A DNA stretch of 62,174 nt, filler included, from Hausera hauseri (Eukaryota), in the NCBI GenBank assembly GCA_046269625.1. It is 11 parts of 11 records of this genome, joined end to end, with 100 filler letters (N's around TTAATTAATTAA, not from the genome) between each part and the next. Parts side by side here need not be neighbours in the genome. Positions count along the whole stretch, not along the records: positions 1 to 4,054 come from JBJURY010791313.1; positions 4,155 to 8,277 come from JBJURY010747320.1; positions 8,378 to 13,672 come from JBJURY010287391.1; 8 more parts are not named here. One strand, given 5' to 3'. Both the position numbers and the translations under genes were made by a program. Under the pieces are notes generated by a model, which was not told the origin of the DNA, made no database searches, and was given only the letters and a program-made list of their open reading frames with translations. Below are positions 1-13,512 of the stretch, piece after piece. Every line of letters starts with the position of its first letter. Within the stretch, counting starts at the first letter, position 1.

Positions 1-3000
1 TCGAATTCCTAATAGATTCAGGAGCTGCCTTTTCACTCCTTCCCTTGTCCTTCACTCCTACATCCAATATAATTTCCTGTCCTTCACTCTTCACTACCAG
101 TGGGCAACCGCTACACGTTTCAGGAACCACGGAACTAACTTTCACATTCGCCAACTTGCCAGATAGGTTTGTCTGGACATTCCACGTGGCCAATATTAAA
201 TCTCCCATAATGGGCTCAAATATTCTTGCCGCACATGATCTATTGGTCGATTACAAATACGGCTGTTTTCTGAGCAGGAACTCGATCGAAATGCCAAACG
301 TATGTCTCGCAGACAATCTAGCGAACATCTCAATGCACTCTTCTATAAATATACTGAATACCTCGTCAACTGCTAACGCGTATAACAATCTCAAACCAAT
401 TTTGAATACCTTGTCAAATGATAACAAGTATAACAATCACAAATCAATTTTAGAACAAAATCCATACTGAATATTGACAGTGGCAATGCCGATTGTTCTT
501 CATCAGTTACTGCAACTGTCTCGTCCGATGACATGCCTCATTCATTCTTATCTCTAGACTCCGATATTAAATTATACGTCACAACGTCTTGCATTCGCAC
601 AGTTAAAAGAGACGTCAGCTTCAAGCTTCAATCCATAATTTATCACCATATAGTAACAGAGCATCAGAGGCCTATTAATCAAAAGGTCAGACCTTTGTCG
701 CCACGCAGACGGAAAGCAGTGGAACAGGAATTTAATGAACTGGAAAAGTCTTGCATCGTTCGGAGATCGAATTCTCCATGGCCTCTCCTCTTTATGTAGT
801 GGTAAAGAAAGATGGTACCTACAGGCCATGTGGCGACTATCGCCAATTAAACAACCTAATTATTACAGATGCCTATCCACTACCACTCATTAAGGATATT
901 CTTCATAACTCAATAACACTAATACCTACTCTACCATTGATCTGCACAAGGTCTACCATCAAATTCAAGTTGCACCTGATGACGTTACAAAACTGCTGTC
1001 ACTACACCATTTGGCTTTTACGAATACATCTCAGACGTTTCAGCGCCATATTGACACCGTTCTATCAGGTCTTGACTTTGCTCACCCATACATAGATGAC
1101 ATATTAGTCGCTTCTACCTCGATTAGACAACATCATGAGCATCTTAGAATTATTTCCCACAAATTGCATCAAAACAACCTGAAAATCAATTTCGCCAAGT
1201 GCAATTTCTTTTAGAAACGCGTCAACGTCTTAGGCCACATAATCTCTCCAAAAGGTCATTCGCCTCAGCCTGATCGCTTACAGTAATTAAAAAATGTGAC
1301 GTTACCAACTACTACTACCGATATGAGGAGTTTTCTAGGGATATTGCATTTCGTACACAAATACGTCCCACACTGCTCAGAATTAACGGCACCTTTTGCA
1401 CACCTCTCATCTGAGAAGAAACAACAATTAATCCACTGCACTCCCGATTTAGTAAACCAATTTGATCGCCTTCGTGAAGGTATGAAAACCGTTGAAATCT
1501 TGGCTTTTCCAAAACCCAACGCGGAACTCATACTAACCACCGATGACTCTACCACAGCAACTGGTGCGATATTACACCAAATATACAATGGCGTCGATGA
1601 AGCATTAGAGTTCTATTCCCGAAAGCTCACACAACCAAAAAGCCGATACTCCACATTCGACCGTGAACTCTTGGCTGTGGTTCTAGAGGTAAAGCATTTC
1701 AAGCATTTGCTTCTATCACGTCAATTTACCATCCAAACCAACCAGATGCCTCTACTTCACATAATGACGTTAAAACAGCCATCGCCGAGACAAGAACGAC
1801 AGATATAATACCTGTCCACGTATAGTTTTTCCATGAAATATATTTCAGGCACCGAGGATTTAGTAGCAAACTTTTTTTCGCGGTCCGTCAACTCAATTAC
1901 AGTTCAGCCAATTTTCTCCTCTGAAATCCTGAGAAGTAATCAGCCATCATCTGATATTTGCCAAGCTTTTAAATCGGTTGAGATCATCGATGGCATCGCC
2001 TACGACACATCCAACTCGACTAATAAAAAATCATTCTTGCTCCATCGTTACAAAAGACAGCTTTCAACCACTTTCACTCTCTTCATCATCCGGGTTCAAA
2101 AGTCACATTCCGTACACTGCAACGCCATGTTGTATGGATGACTATACGTACAGATGTACAGATCTGGGTTAAGGGATGTGTAGCATGTCAACAATATAAG
2201 GTTCATAAACACCTCAAACCACCACTTTCTCACTTCCTTTGCATGTCTCGTTTTGACACCGTTCATTTGGACCTTGTGGGTCCTTTACCATCCGACAACG
2301 GCTATCAATACATCTTATCCATGATGGATCGCGCTTCTCGCTGGCCAAAAGCCGTTCCGCTTCGATCAACCAACACTGACTCAGTAGCAGATGCATTTAT
2401 GTAGATATGGGTCAGCCGTTTTGGTTCACTTTTATTGACGCAGTTTCCAAAACGGTCAATATAATTGTTAAATTTTAAAATACTATAAACATTTACTATA
2501 ATCGAGTTGGATAATAAAGAACCATTCTATAAAGGATTTGACATAACTTTAGGGTAAACAAATTAGTCAAGCTTTACAAATGTTAAAAAAATCAAGCATA
2601 AAATTATTTATTTGAATTACATAAACAAACAGCTGTCATCTGTTCAAAATCCACATAGTTGCCTATTCTGTGCACTATTGTGTGAATTTGGGAACCACAT
2701 TTACCACGTCACATAATAACGGACCAAGGTCCGCAATTTGAAGCTGATCTTTCTAAATCTCTGGTAAGGCACTTGGGGATATCCCATTTCTATACGACGC
2801 CGTACCATCCCCAAGCAAATGGTCTTCTTGAGAGATTTCACCGCACAATAAAGATTTCCTTGAAAATATTGGCAAATAACAATCGTAACTGTACCTCAAT
2901 TCTTCCTCCTGTCCTACTCGGTTGGCGCAACACGCCATCCACCACTACAGGCTGCACTCCAACTGAGGCTCTCTTTGGGACAGTAATTCGTGCCCTTTTT

Positions 3001-3808
3001 GAACTCTCCAACCTTGATAAAAACCCATCAGATGAAGTTATTCGTGCGGCACAGTCCCACTTTGCAGATGTCAACTCAAACGCATTTTGCCGCTTTATAA
3101 ATAAAGACAAATCATATATTCCAGAGGACTTATACTCAGCGAAGTTTGTATGGCTGAAGGTTCTGTCACCTTCTGGTTTTCGGCCTCAGTACGTTGGCCC
3201 TTATAAACTACTCAACATTTTCTTGCACACTGATACTATTTTACGTAATGACAGACCTCAAAATGTACACATTGCTAATCTTAAGTCAGCATTCTTCGTT
3301 GACGATGACCAGGATAACAGCGCTGTTTCAAATCCTAACGCTAACCTCTCTCTACTCAAGCTATCGTCTCATTTCCTCAATGATTTTGCTTCGTCGCAGC
3401 AATCAGTCTCACGTCACAATCAGTTTTCTTCACTGCCGTCATCGTCCATTGCTCCTTCATCACTCACTTCACCTTCATCGTACGTTTTACTTCCATCTCC
3501 AGCCTCGCCTACTTCGTTTGATCCACTTCACTCTTCAGTTTCTTCGCCATTTTTACCTCTTCATGAAGCATCCTCCTAAAACACCAAAAAATCCACGGCA
3601 TCTCTCCCTTGAACAACTCCACGAGCACCAGCAACTTCTAACAAGTCACGTTATGTGACATTTAGTACTTATAGCAGGGAGAAGTTCATAGATTGAATCC
3701 AATGTCTGACACATACGCAAACTGAATAGGTACCAGCTCTTACTCTTCTTATGATACTCATGTCTACTTCCTTCCTTATAATCTTTCATTTTGCCACGAG
3801 GAAGGTGA
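1..3808 (+). mobile_element. Degenerate Ty3/Gypsy LTR retrotransposon pol (PR-RT-RH-IN), CsRN1-like
   Basis: Protease FLIDSGA at nt 6-26. RT motifs SPLYVVVKKDG, CGDYRQLN and YIDD. RNase H motifs TTDDS and YSTFDRELLA. Integrase motifs HLDLVGPLP, TDQG, YHPQANGLLERFH and GPY. Many stops and frameshifts. Confidence 0.93.
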
Positions 3809-4054
3809 TGTAGTGCCTGAAGGGTGGTCGCGCTGGATGGGTTAACGAATCGGTTAACACACCAAAATGCTGGTCAATCTGTTATTACAAATTTCAAATC
3901 GATACAAAGGGACTTGGAATTGTTAATTCTTCAAATAAGTGTCACATTTGTCGTGCGATACATGCTCGTTTAAAATGTCAAATGTGAAACTAACTAAAGG
4001 ATTACATGTAACAACAAACACCGAATAATATTGCTAGTAAATACACCAATGAAT
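3809..4054 (+). repeat. Probable 3' LTR of the contig-1 Gypsy element (right end uncertain)
   Basis: A purine tract GAGGAAGGTGA (3798-3808) is followed directly by TGTAGTG. Confidence 0.55.
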
Positions 4055-4154
4055 NNNNNNNNNNNNNNNNNNNNNNNNNNNNNNNNNNNNNNNNNNNNTT
4101 AATTAATTAANNNNNNNNNNNNNNNNNNNNNNNNNNNNNNNNNNNNNNNNNNNN
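4055..4154. other. Artificial contig linker (N44-TTAATTAATTAA-N44). Identical linkers at 8278-8377, 13673-13772, 19991-20090, 24150-24249, 28682-28781, 35653-35752, 44210-44309, 50171-50270 and 55515-55614
   Basis: The same 100-bp spacer, with stops in all six frames, occurs ten times, and sequence character changes abruptly at each one. Confidence 0.98.
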
Positions 4155-6148
4155 TATGTTTGGATAAAGAACTTAAGTCGTTTAGTAAGTTCCCAAATAA
4201 CAAAAAAATGAGCATAGAATTGAAATCTCCTAAAGATGTTTTTTACATTTCAATGGAGAATCTGCTGTGGAGAAGTTAGAGGCGCATAAAATTTATTGCA
4301 ACAGCAACAATTGTATAAGAACTGAATTTCCTAAAGAGGACTATATAGAATTAAAAAACGTTGAAAAACAGCAGAAAGTACCAATTGTCGTTTATTGCGA
4401 CTTTGAGGCTATTCTCAGACCAGCACAGAGCTGCAATCTGAATCCACAACAAACTAGTTGACAGCATACCAAGATCATGAGCTTTCGTCATATTGCATGT
4501 ATGCAAAAGGACTGGACAGTGAACCATATTTATTCAGAGGTTCAGGTGCAGCAGCACATTTCATGAAGAGAGTTGAAGGCATGGCTCATAGGCTTGGAGA
4601 TATGTTGCAACAGCATAAGAATAATATGACCATATCGAAGAAACAAGAAGATGAATGGCGCAAGGCAACAGCATGTTACTTGTGTGACAAGTCCTTCACC
4701 AAGGAGAATTGGAAAGTCAGGGTTCACTGCCATTTTACAGGTGCCTATCGAGGTGCAGCATGCAACAATTGCAATCTATGTTGCAAAAGGGTGGCATATG
4801 TACCTGTAGTATTCCATAATCTCAGTGGCTATGATTCCCATTTCATAATCCGAGAATTATGCAGCATTGAAGGCAATATTGAAGTGATCCCTAATAATGA
4901 GGAAAAATACATCATATTCACTTAGCATGTGGGCAAAATCAGTCTCCGATTCATAGATAATTTCTGCTTTATGAGTTTATCTCTTGATATCCTCGTCAAC
5001 AACCTTCCTGTAGAAGAACTCAAGGAGACGAAGCGGTTCTTCCTTACTACATTTGACCAACAACAAGTAGATGACACATTATGACTCTTCCGATCAATCC
5101 TCGTATATCATATACCTGAATGCAAACAACTTGTATGGATGGTAAATGAGCGTCCCATTGTAATATGGTAACTTCAAATGGGTCGAGCATCCTGACAGCA
5201 CCCCTATACTGGATCCGGATCCTACTGGAGATAATGACTATATACTTGAGGTGGATATGGAATATCCGGCTTCCATCCACACAAGGCATGAACAGCTGCT
5301 TTTCCGGAGAACAAAAAGTCGCCGAATGGACATGTCGAAAAGTTACTATGCCATCTTGAAAATCGGAAAAGATATGTAGTCCATTACATAAATCTACAAC
5401 AGGCCATCAGAAATGGGTTCAGAGTCATCAAGATCCGTCGGGCCCTGCAGTTCAGTCAGTCCTTGTGGTTGCAGCCATACATCGACTTCAACAAAAAGTT
5501 GAGGGCCGAGGCTAAAAACGATTTTGAGAAGGATCAATTTAAGGTGTATAATAACAGCGTTTTTGGCAAGACGATGGAGAATATTCGTGACACAATCGAC
5601 ATTGAGTTTGTCTCTGACTGGAAGCGAACAAAGAAGCTCATTGCCATATCTAACTTCCACAGTAGCACCATATATTCAGAGAACTTGGTAGGTTTCCATA
5701 TGCTGAAAACAACATTATTATTCAATAAGCCCATATATATGGACATGACAACACTAGACCTGTCAAAGACCTTGATGTATGACTTCCACTAAGATATGGT
5801 CCCTAAGTTCAAGTTCATGCAACTGATGTACATGGATACTGATAGTTTCATATATCAGATCCATACGGATGACATTTATGAGGACTTTGCTCAATTGGCA
5901 CAGCACATGGATACCTCGGACTATCCTAAGGAGCATTCAAATTTCAATAGCCAATAAGAAGGTCCTTGGGAAATTCAAAGACGAGGTGAATGGAGCAATC
6001 ATCTCACGATTTATGGCTCTTATATCTAAAATGTATGCCCTAGATATATGTGGCCAGATCGTGTCTTATCAAACCACCTTAAATGAAATACCGGTTCTGC
6101 CTCGGTACCCCTGAGAGGCTGAGGGAGAACCGGCATTTCTCCACTACT
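4155..6148 (+). mobile_element. Polinton/Maverick (adintovirus-like) protein-primed DNA polymerase B pseudogene with element terminus
   Basis: Motifs VVYCDFEA, endonuclease-VII-like CYLC...HCHFTGAYRGAACNNCN, VFHNLSGYDSHFII, NSVFGKTMEN, YMDTDS and LGKFKDE. The segment ends in ACTACT (6143-6148), the Polinton AGTAGT-type terminus. Confidence 0.9.
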
Positions 6149-7189
6149 TAGAACGAAACAAGCCATAGTCCTCTGGTGCTATGTTAGGGCTATAGGAACG
6201 ATGTGGTTATACTTCAAATTGATCTAATTCTTTAATTTTTTGTTGGGTTAATTTAGCACGATGTGGTAGAGCATTGTCGTGTTGCAAAAGAGCACGTTTT
6301 CGGTTCGATAAGACAGGATATTTTTCTTTCAAAATGTTGGAAACACGATCCATCTGTTGGCAGTAAACAGCATCATTGATGGCTTTACCACCTGGAAGAA
6401 ACTCGAAATACAAAACACCTTCAAATTCCACCAAACAATGATTATCATCTTACCAAAGCGGTCTTGCCGAACAACCGATCCTGTTTATTCCCCACACTTT
6501 TCCCACTGCTTCCTTCGATTGTTGTTTACCAAAAATATCCACTTTTCATCACGAGTTACTATGCACTTCCAAAATCTGTCATCTAATGGATTATTTAGCA
6601 ATTTCTGACATATTTCATCATGTCGTCTGGCCTACGCATTTGTGAAGTCATACGGATCAAGATGATGACTTTTAAGAATGTAAGCAAGTTGTTTCAAATG
6701 GTTGTGAATTGTTTGCTAACATGTAACCAGAGCTGATGCCAAATCGCTTGTGCTTGAGTGAGGTTGTTCCTGTAGCACATCACACAACTCTTGCTTGTTT
6801 ACTGCACATGGCCTTGCTGGCTTAGGTTTGTCTTTGAGGCTGACATCACCTTCGTTAAAACGTTGAAACCATTCTGCAGCAGTAGATTTGCTTACTTTCC
6901 CTTCACCTTCAATACTGCAAATTTCCTTGACAGCGTCTCTAGTAAACAAACCTTTCTTCCAGTAATATCGTAACAATACTCTAATTGCAATTTTTTCATC
7001 TGACATTTCCCTGATATCTGAAATTTGACGTTTTATTATATGGCACAGTACCAAATCTTTTAATGCCAACCAATCAGAAACAATTATCACTACTGCGCTG
7101 AAAAATTCAACAGATCAATTTTTTGTAAATAAAACGTTTTTGGAAGTGTCGAAATTTTAGTGTCAGGAAACTTTTTGGACGACCTAGTA
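6149..7189 (-). mobile_element. Mariner (DD34D) transposon, degenerate, cut at its 3' end
   Basis: N-terminal HTH ORF at 6716-7090. Motifs VTRDEKWI, LLQHDNALPH and YSPNIAPEDY. The 5' TIR reads TA-CTAGGTCGTCCAAAAAGTTTCC on the minus strand at about 7166-7189. Confidence 0.9.
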
Positions 7190-8487
7190 ACTGGATAACA
7201 TAAATGCTTTTCTCAAAGTGCCCCCAAGGAATCTAATTACCTCTAATTTGACTCATCCTGTAAGAATCATAACTATTTTACAGTTAGTTTTCTGTTTACG
7301 CGACTAATTTGTTCCTAAAAACTCGCGTAAACCGAAAAACGCGTAAATAGAGAACTATATAAAAAGGAGAAATCGTATTATAGTTCGTAAATTAATTAGA
7401 GAAACTAATTGTTGTTTCAATACATTCGTTTTGCTATTGTAATGCATCTGCCATTTAAACTCAAAACTAGTAAAAATGCTAAAAATAAACAAAACAAAAA
7501 TCCTTATTAACCCACTAAGTATTTGTAGTGACAAATATGTAATCATAATTTCCGTCTAACTGTTCAATCCACACAAATTACTTTGCGAGAGACTTCACTT
7601 TGAATGTTAATTAATAGTGAGAACAAATTTACGTATATCTTTACTTGGATGCAGTGAATGGGTTGGCAGAGATATAGTGGTTACTGTCTTACCTACTTAT
7701 TAGCAAGTGATGTGTTGGATCAGTATCTTTTTTAATAGTTATTTACTATTGTTTACTCTCCTATACCTTTACTTCATATTACTTGGGCGGTTGTCAGGTA
7801 GGGTTAACCTGGTAGACCAATTATACCAGTTACTTATAAGTTATTTATATTACTTAGTTACTTACTCGACGACAATTAACTAAGTTCAATGAATATAATT
7901 GTTATCCAAAAATAAGTAGAACTAATACAACTACGAATTCTTACAGGAAGTCATACATAAGTCTTCGAATAAATTCTCAGTTTCTGTCTTAACGTAAAAT
8001 TTTGCAGACTTATATACTAGTCTATATTACAAGCTATATTCCCGTTAATTCATAATTAGACTGACAAAATTTCATAAACCAGCATAATAATAATCTAACA
8101 TACGAAATAATGCGACAATGTACAAGATAGAGTATTAAATAATGATAATCACTGTGACGATAACATTACAATTTAAAATACGTAATACATAAAATGTAAA
8201 GTGCAAAATGAAATACACCGTATTCAAATTATTACAAGTTCACATAGAAATTTCACAACGTTCACAATCGAAGAGGGNNNNNNNNNNNNNNNNNNNNNNN
8301 NNNNNNNNNNNNNNNNNNNNNTTAATTAATTAANNNNNNNNNNNNNNNNNNNNNNNNNNNNNNNNNNNNNNNNNNNNTTCATTATTGATTTGTGCATGTC
8401 TGTGTGTATGTGTGTGTGATAGATAAAACACATGACATGAAATGAACAGAGGTAACGACACATAAACAAAGAAACAAAATGCTTACC

Positions 8488-9464
8488 TGTCAACATACTC
8501 TCATTAACAATACAATTACCGGCAACCAACGCAGCATCACATTGCATAATACAACCTGTACGCGGTATTTCTATAATATCACCAGGCACCAATTGTCTGG
8601 CATCAATGCATACAAATGACAATTCTGCAACAACAACAACAAAAACAATAATATTCATCATTCAATAACATTTATTACTTTTCCCTTCACGACACACAAA
8701 TGCTTCTCCATGACTGACAACTGTGTCTCTTAGCGTTTTTTCATTCTGAATTTTACTTCTTGTTCATTTCATTAATGAATAATTCATATTGACAAAAATT
8801 TAAATTATTTATTATTTAACTAAATTATTATTCATGCATTTAAACAAACAAATACATAAAACAAAAATCCACACATACTCACCTTCCTTATTTCATACAA
8901 TTGAACTGCCAACGAAATTGCCGACATAATCAAAATGCAAGCTGCATAAATATAATAATTATCCAAAAACCACAAAGTGCAACTGCATATTTGAAATACG
9001 TAAAACGGATTCAATCCCTGCCAATTAAACAAATTCAATGAGACAAAAATTTATCAAAAATAAACCAAACTTCTTTGACAAGCAACACAAGAATCGGCGT
9101 AACTCGCACAACAATCTCGTTATGACCAAATAATGCCGTACGAGACAACAATTCCCCATCAGACAACGGCTGCGATAAATAAAATTGACTGCACGGTTGT
9201 CCATCTAATCCTCTGACTGATTCAAATGACAAATATTTCCAATTCCAGACGTATTTCAATTTCTTATGGATAAAATATCTGATTGGCCTTTGGATTTCTT
9301 GTCCAATGAATAAAAATATACAAAATGGCCATTACCCATGAGAATATCGAACTGAATGTACAAAATATTTCCGATATTGATCCTATAGCCATGGTTACGT
9401 AATAAAATCCAATAATCAATAAAATGCAATTTACCTTACAAAGAACTAAATCAGCATCACGCAA
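8488..9464 (-). CDS. P5B-type ATPase (ATP13A family), 5' exons, partial
   Basis: Exons encode [42 protein letters not shown] and [36 protein letters not shown]. They are separated by short GT-AG introns. Confidence 0.9.
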
Positions 9465-9608
9465 GGAACATCGACAATACGCAACACAGTGATAATTAAT
9501 TTAACGAAATAACTGGACAATCATATGATAATTTATACAAAATATTTACTAACTACTTAAATAAATATCAGTAGTAAATAAACTGTAATTTTTACGAATG
9601 CCGATTTT

Positions 9609-10037
9609 CTACTTACTACTGATTAATTTTTTAGTAGTAAATAAAATTGAATGGAATATTTTTGCTTTTATTATGAGCATCGCAGCAACGAAAACAACTT
9701 CAATGTAAAACGTGTATGTCTGCCAAATAAGAAACCAAACGCAGCCGACAATAACGGGCAACGTCATAAAGAATGAAACTACAACATAACTGATTTGCTC
9801 TGTCAAATTTCCCTTCATTCCGCAGAGAATTCGAATATACTCCATGCCAGTTAACGACAACAGCAGCAGAACTTCTCTGCTCAGTGCAGTCGGGTCGTAA
9901 ATCATCGACTGGCCTTTGATGATCAAGATGAGTGATTCGAAAATGTAAAATAACGCCGAAAAATATTGCTGTAGATACAGGCACATTTGATAAGGCGCCA
10001 ACGATCTAGACGTGACGTAATAATTTAATTCCGACAT
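9609..10037 (-). CDS. TMEM216: TMEM216/TMEM80/TMEM17-family ciliary transition-zone membrane protein
   Basis: 142 aa with four hydrophobic segments and the family motif EYIRILCGMKGNLTE. Confidence 0.75.
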   Translation of the reverse strand: MSELNYYVTSRSLAPYQMCLYLQQYFSALFYIFESLILIIKGQSMIYDPTALSREVLLLLSLTGMEYIRILCGMKGNLTEQISYVVVSFFMTLPVIVGCVWFLIWQTYTFYIEVVFVAAMLIIKAKIFHSILFTTKKLISSK

Positions 10038-10800
10038 GTCTGGAATGAGATAATTGTCAATAGATCATTAATAATTTTCAATCATCCAGTCGAAAAAAAT
10101 TCCTCACTATGCAATTGACAAAAATGCAGAAACAGTAAAATTCACTAGATTTGAATTTACACGGTTGTTGTCAATGGATACGTTTAAACACAAATTTGGA
10201 TAATTAAAATAACTTTTAATCGGGTAAATCGGCTAATATCACATTTCTTTCGAATAATTATCATCAGCTTCAAAGTTGGAATGACATTGCAACTTCTAAG
10301 TGTCCAAATTATCAAAAATTATAAGTTATGATGTAAAATAAAAATCACTTTAAAATATATTTGCTCCAAAGTTTTGAAATATTAAAAATTAATAACAAAA
10401 ATTGCATAGTCGCAGACGACTGGTGTAGTTTTTTAATGTAATATTATTAGATTTAGGTTGATGGAAATATTTTATCTATACAATGAATAATTCGATTCGC
10501 CAAAGTCTTTCTATGAATCAAAATCTCCATACAGAATAATTGAATACTATTTACAAGAATACTATATAACAAATTTGGTGAATTATACAAATTTTGTTGC
10601 ATAATGCACAAGTACCAAAATGGTCAAAAATACAACTCTATTACAAAAAATACTACTATATTGACCCAATTATAATTCACTGCAAACTTTATGGTTATTT
10701 CAGCTAAAATTTATTTACAAAAACTTATTTTCCATTTTAAGTGTGATTTCTAAACTTTATTTATTGTACTTTCTGAGTTATAATAAGAAATTTTTTCCAG

Positions 10801-11982
10801 AGTCGTACACTATCGATCGTTTCCATTTTGAAATGGATGAAGGAATCAGTTCCACCATTGGATTTTACTAAATACAAAGGTCAAGCAGGGAAAATCTGCG
10901 TCATTGGTGGATCGAAAGAGTGAATTACATTCATAAAATGGATAATTGATATTATGGTAAAGGTACACTGGCGCACCGTATTTTTCTGCAATATCAGCAT
11001 TGCTATGTGTAATGGGAATGTCGTATTAGGTTATTACATTATTGTAGGGTGCCGATCTTGTCCACGTCATTTGTCCTGAGGAGACTGCGCCTATTATCAA
11101 AAGTTACAGTCCAGAGTTGATTGTCCATCCTTTGTTGTAAGTTTGTTGTGTTTTAATAATTGATCTTTGTGCGTATGCTACATTTATCGTTTGGCATGTG
11201 TGTAATTTAGTATGGTGTGTGTGTGTAATTACTGTTGTGTGTATTTTGTATTTTTTTACCTGATTCACACGTTAAATGCTGCCTAGGCATGAGGATCGCG
11301 TTGATGAATGCTGCAATTGGATCCGTCGGATGCACGCCATAGTGTTGGGACCTGGTCTTGGGCGTGACAATTGGTCGGCACCGGCGAAATTATTGCGATT
11401 TGTTCGCGAATGCGGCATCCCTATTGTCATTGATGCCGACGGGGTCCAGCTCGTTGCGCAACAACCGGCACTCATTGACGGATACACCCGTGTCATTCTT
11501 ACTCCAAACACCGTTGAGGCACGCATTTTATTTGAGCGTCTCGTATCGGATTGTGGCGAGTATGTGAATTGTGCCTCACGCATTGCAAAGGCTCTCAACG
11601 GCGTAACTGTTGTTCTGAAAGGACCACAGGACATCGTCTCTGACGGATCTGTTGGTAATTCGGTCATTTACGTAGGACTAATGCGGAAATTCGTGTAGAA
11701 GCAATTTGCGATATTGTAGGTGCGCCACGGCGATGTGGAGGACAAGGCGACTTGCTCAGTGGAACAATGGCTTTGTTTCTAGCATGGACGTTGAGTGGCA
11801 GTTCGTTTTCTACAGATGGGGATGCTGCTGGACTGCAGTGCATTACTTCGGCATGGGGGGCGTGTGCGTTGACGAGACGTTGCGCATTTCTGTCGTTTGC
11901 TGAGCGACATCGTGCGTCAACGACGACGGATTTAATTGGTAAAATTGGCATCGTGTTCCAGGAGCTCTTTGAAAAGGAGTAA
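10801..11982 (+). CDS. NAXD: ATP/ADP-dependent (S)-NAD(P)H-hydrate dehydratase, spliced
   Basis: Motifs [15 protein letters not shown]|[46 protein letters not shown] and [12 protein letters not shown]. Introns at 10920-10962, 11009-11047, 11137-11286 and about 11653-11700. Confidence 0.95.
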
Positions 11983-13229
11983 AACACGGGTTGTGTTTTT
12001 CTTGCCTCTCTCGTCCCCCTTCCATTAAAAAAAACTAATTTTTCCGCGTAATTTTACCAAATCTTGCAGGACTCCGAATAACGGTTAATTTATTTTGTGA
12101 GTACCCTCGAATCCATGGCAACTGTATGGATAGGGTGGTCAACTTATGACGTTTTTAGCTTTCAATTATTTACAGTGATGAAGGCAGTTCGGTGTCGTCG
12201 CCATTTTCAACTTGAGAGGAGCCAAATTTCGGAAAATTATCATAGTTGGGGGGGGGAGGATTCGGGCGGGTGAAATTTGCCCTCCTTACCGCAAATTGTG
12301 TGAGAAAAATCCGGTTTTAATGCAACTACATACGCATTTACCGTTAATGTCGCCCTTATAATAAATGGTATGCCTAGGACTATTTCCCCGAAAAATCAAA
12401 GTCGGAAATTGATACAATTGTCAAAGCGTTGTTTTTTGCTCTGGGCCATGAAAATTCAACACGGAAAAGTATTAAATCTAATTCTAACACAAGTTTAATA
12501 GTAACGAGTTTAGCTGTCAAAATTGATTGTGATGATTTCGCAAAGTTTCTAGAGTCAAACGTTCCTAGAAATGACTTGGAAGATTTATTTACGTTTAACA
12601 TACTTCCAAATTCAGTTAGGGATACTGGTATTCCCGCTCAAGCAGATTTTGGGGTAATAAAATATTGTTAGAGAAGCATGTTTCGATTTGCATAATAAAT
12701 AGAAGTCGTTTTGAGTGATAAATTTTCTATTTTTATGGATTGCCTTAGTTGCGTGCCCAGGATTTTTCCAAAAGGGGTTTACGTAATCGTTGTGCTAATG
12801 ATATTATATAATGCATGCTTCTTGCATTAGTGACTGATATGTAGCTTTTGTGATACAGTACTTCGTACATGTACTCTTCTCAATATGAAAATGTTCTCAA
12901 TATCAAGTTTAATTGTTCACAAAAAGTACGAAAATTTCAATTGTACCCAAAGAAAAAATACGTTGTGCGACAGAAAAAAATTTTGAAGTAAGATTCCATG
13001 GCGATGTTCTAACTCCTAAAACTCACCTTCGGCATGTCACTGGCTGTATTATATCTCCATTGTTTTTCATCCATCATCAGGAAATTGTGTTAAAACTAAA
13101 TGATTTCTTAATATACAAGTAACTTAAATTTAAACAACAGATCAACTGTCTTATTATTATATTGTTTAGCTTTTACGTTTCAGTTATAACAATATTTAAC
13201 GAAGAATAAATTTAGCCAATCGACCAATT

Positions 13230-13512
13230 TGCCGTCAATAGTTCAATTCCAACTGACAGACAGTTAGAAGCTATAGCAAGAGTTGTTGGAGATAATGATT
13301 ATAACAAATTGGCAACAAATTTGGGGATTTTGCAGTATGATGTTTCTCACCTTGAGTATCTTCACAAAGGAGATCGTGAAAAAATTGTACTCAGTATTTT
13401 GCGAGAATGGAAGCTGAAGGAGGGAAACAGAGCTTTTGGTAGTGTCTTAAAAAGAGCATTGTATTTAGCTGGGTTCAGTGGTATCGTGAATCAAATGGAA
13501 TTTGGACAATGA
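13230..13512 (+). CDS. Death-domain-encoding terminal exon
   Basis: QLEAIARVVG..YNKLATNLGI...ILREWKLKEG..A.GSVLKRALYLAG fits the death-domain helical pattern. Upstream exons were not resolved. Confidence 0.7.

Noticed and set aside
3300-3658. Ser/Pro-rich tail after the contig-1 integrase as an extra gene
   Set aside because: It is a low-complexity pol extension with no domain signal.
4099-4110. Recurrent TTAATTAATTAA palindrome
   Set aside because: It is an assembly linker embedded in Ns, not biological sequence.
6052-6206. Possible ribozyme or three-way-junction RNA
   Set aside because: The right half is mariner coding sequence on the minus strand, and there is no hammerhead CUGANGA core.
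7279-7355. Pogo/Tigger-like TIR start with internal palindrome
   Set aside because: No matching second TIR was found in the contig.
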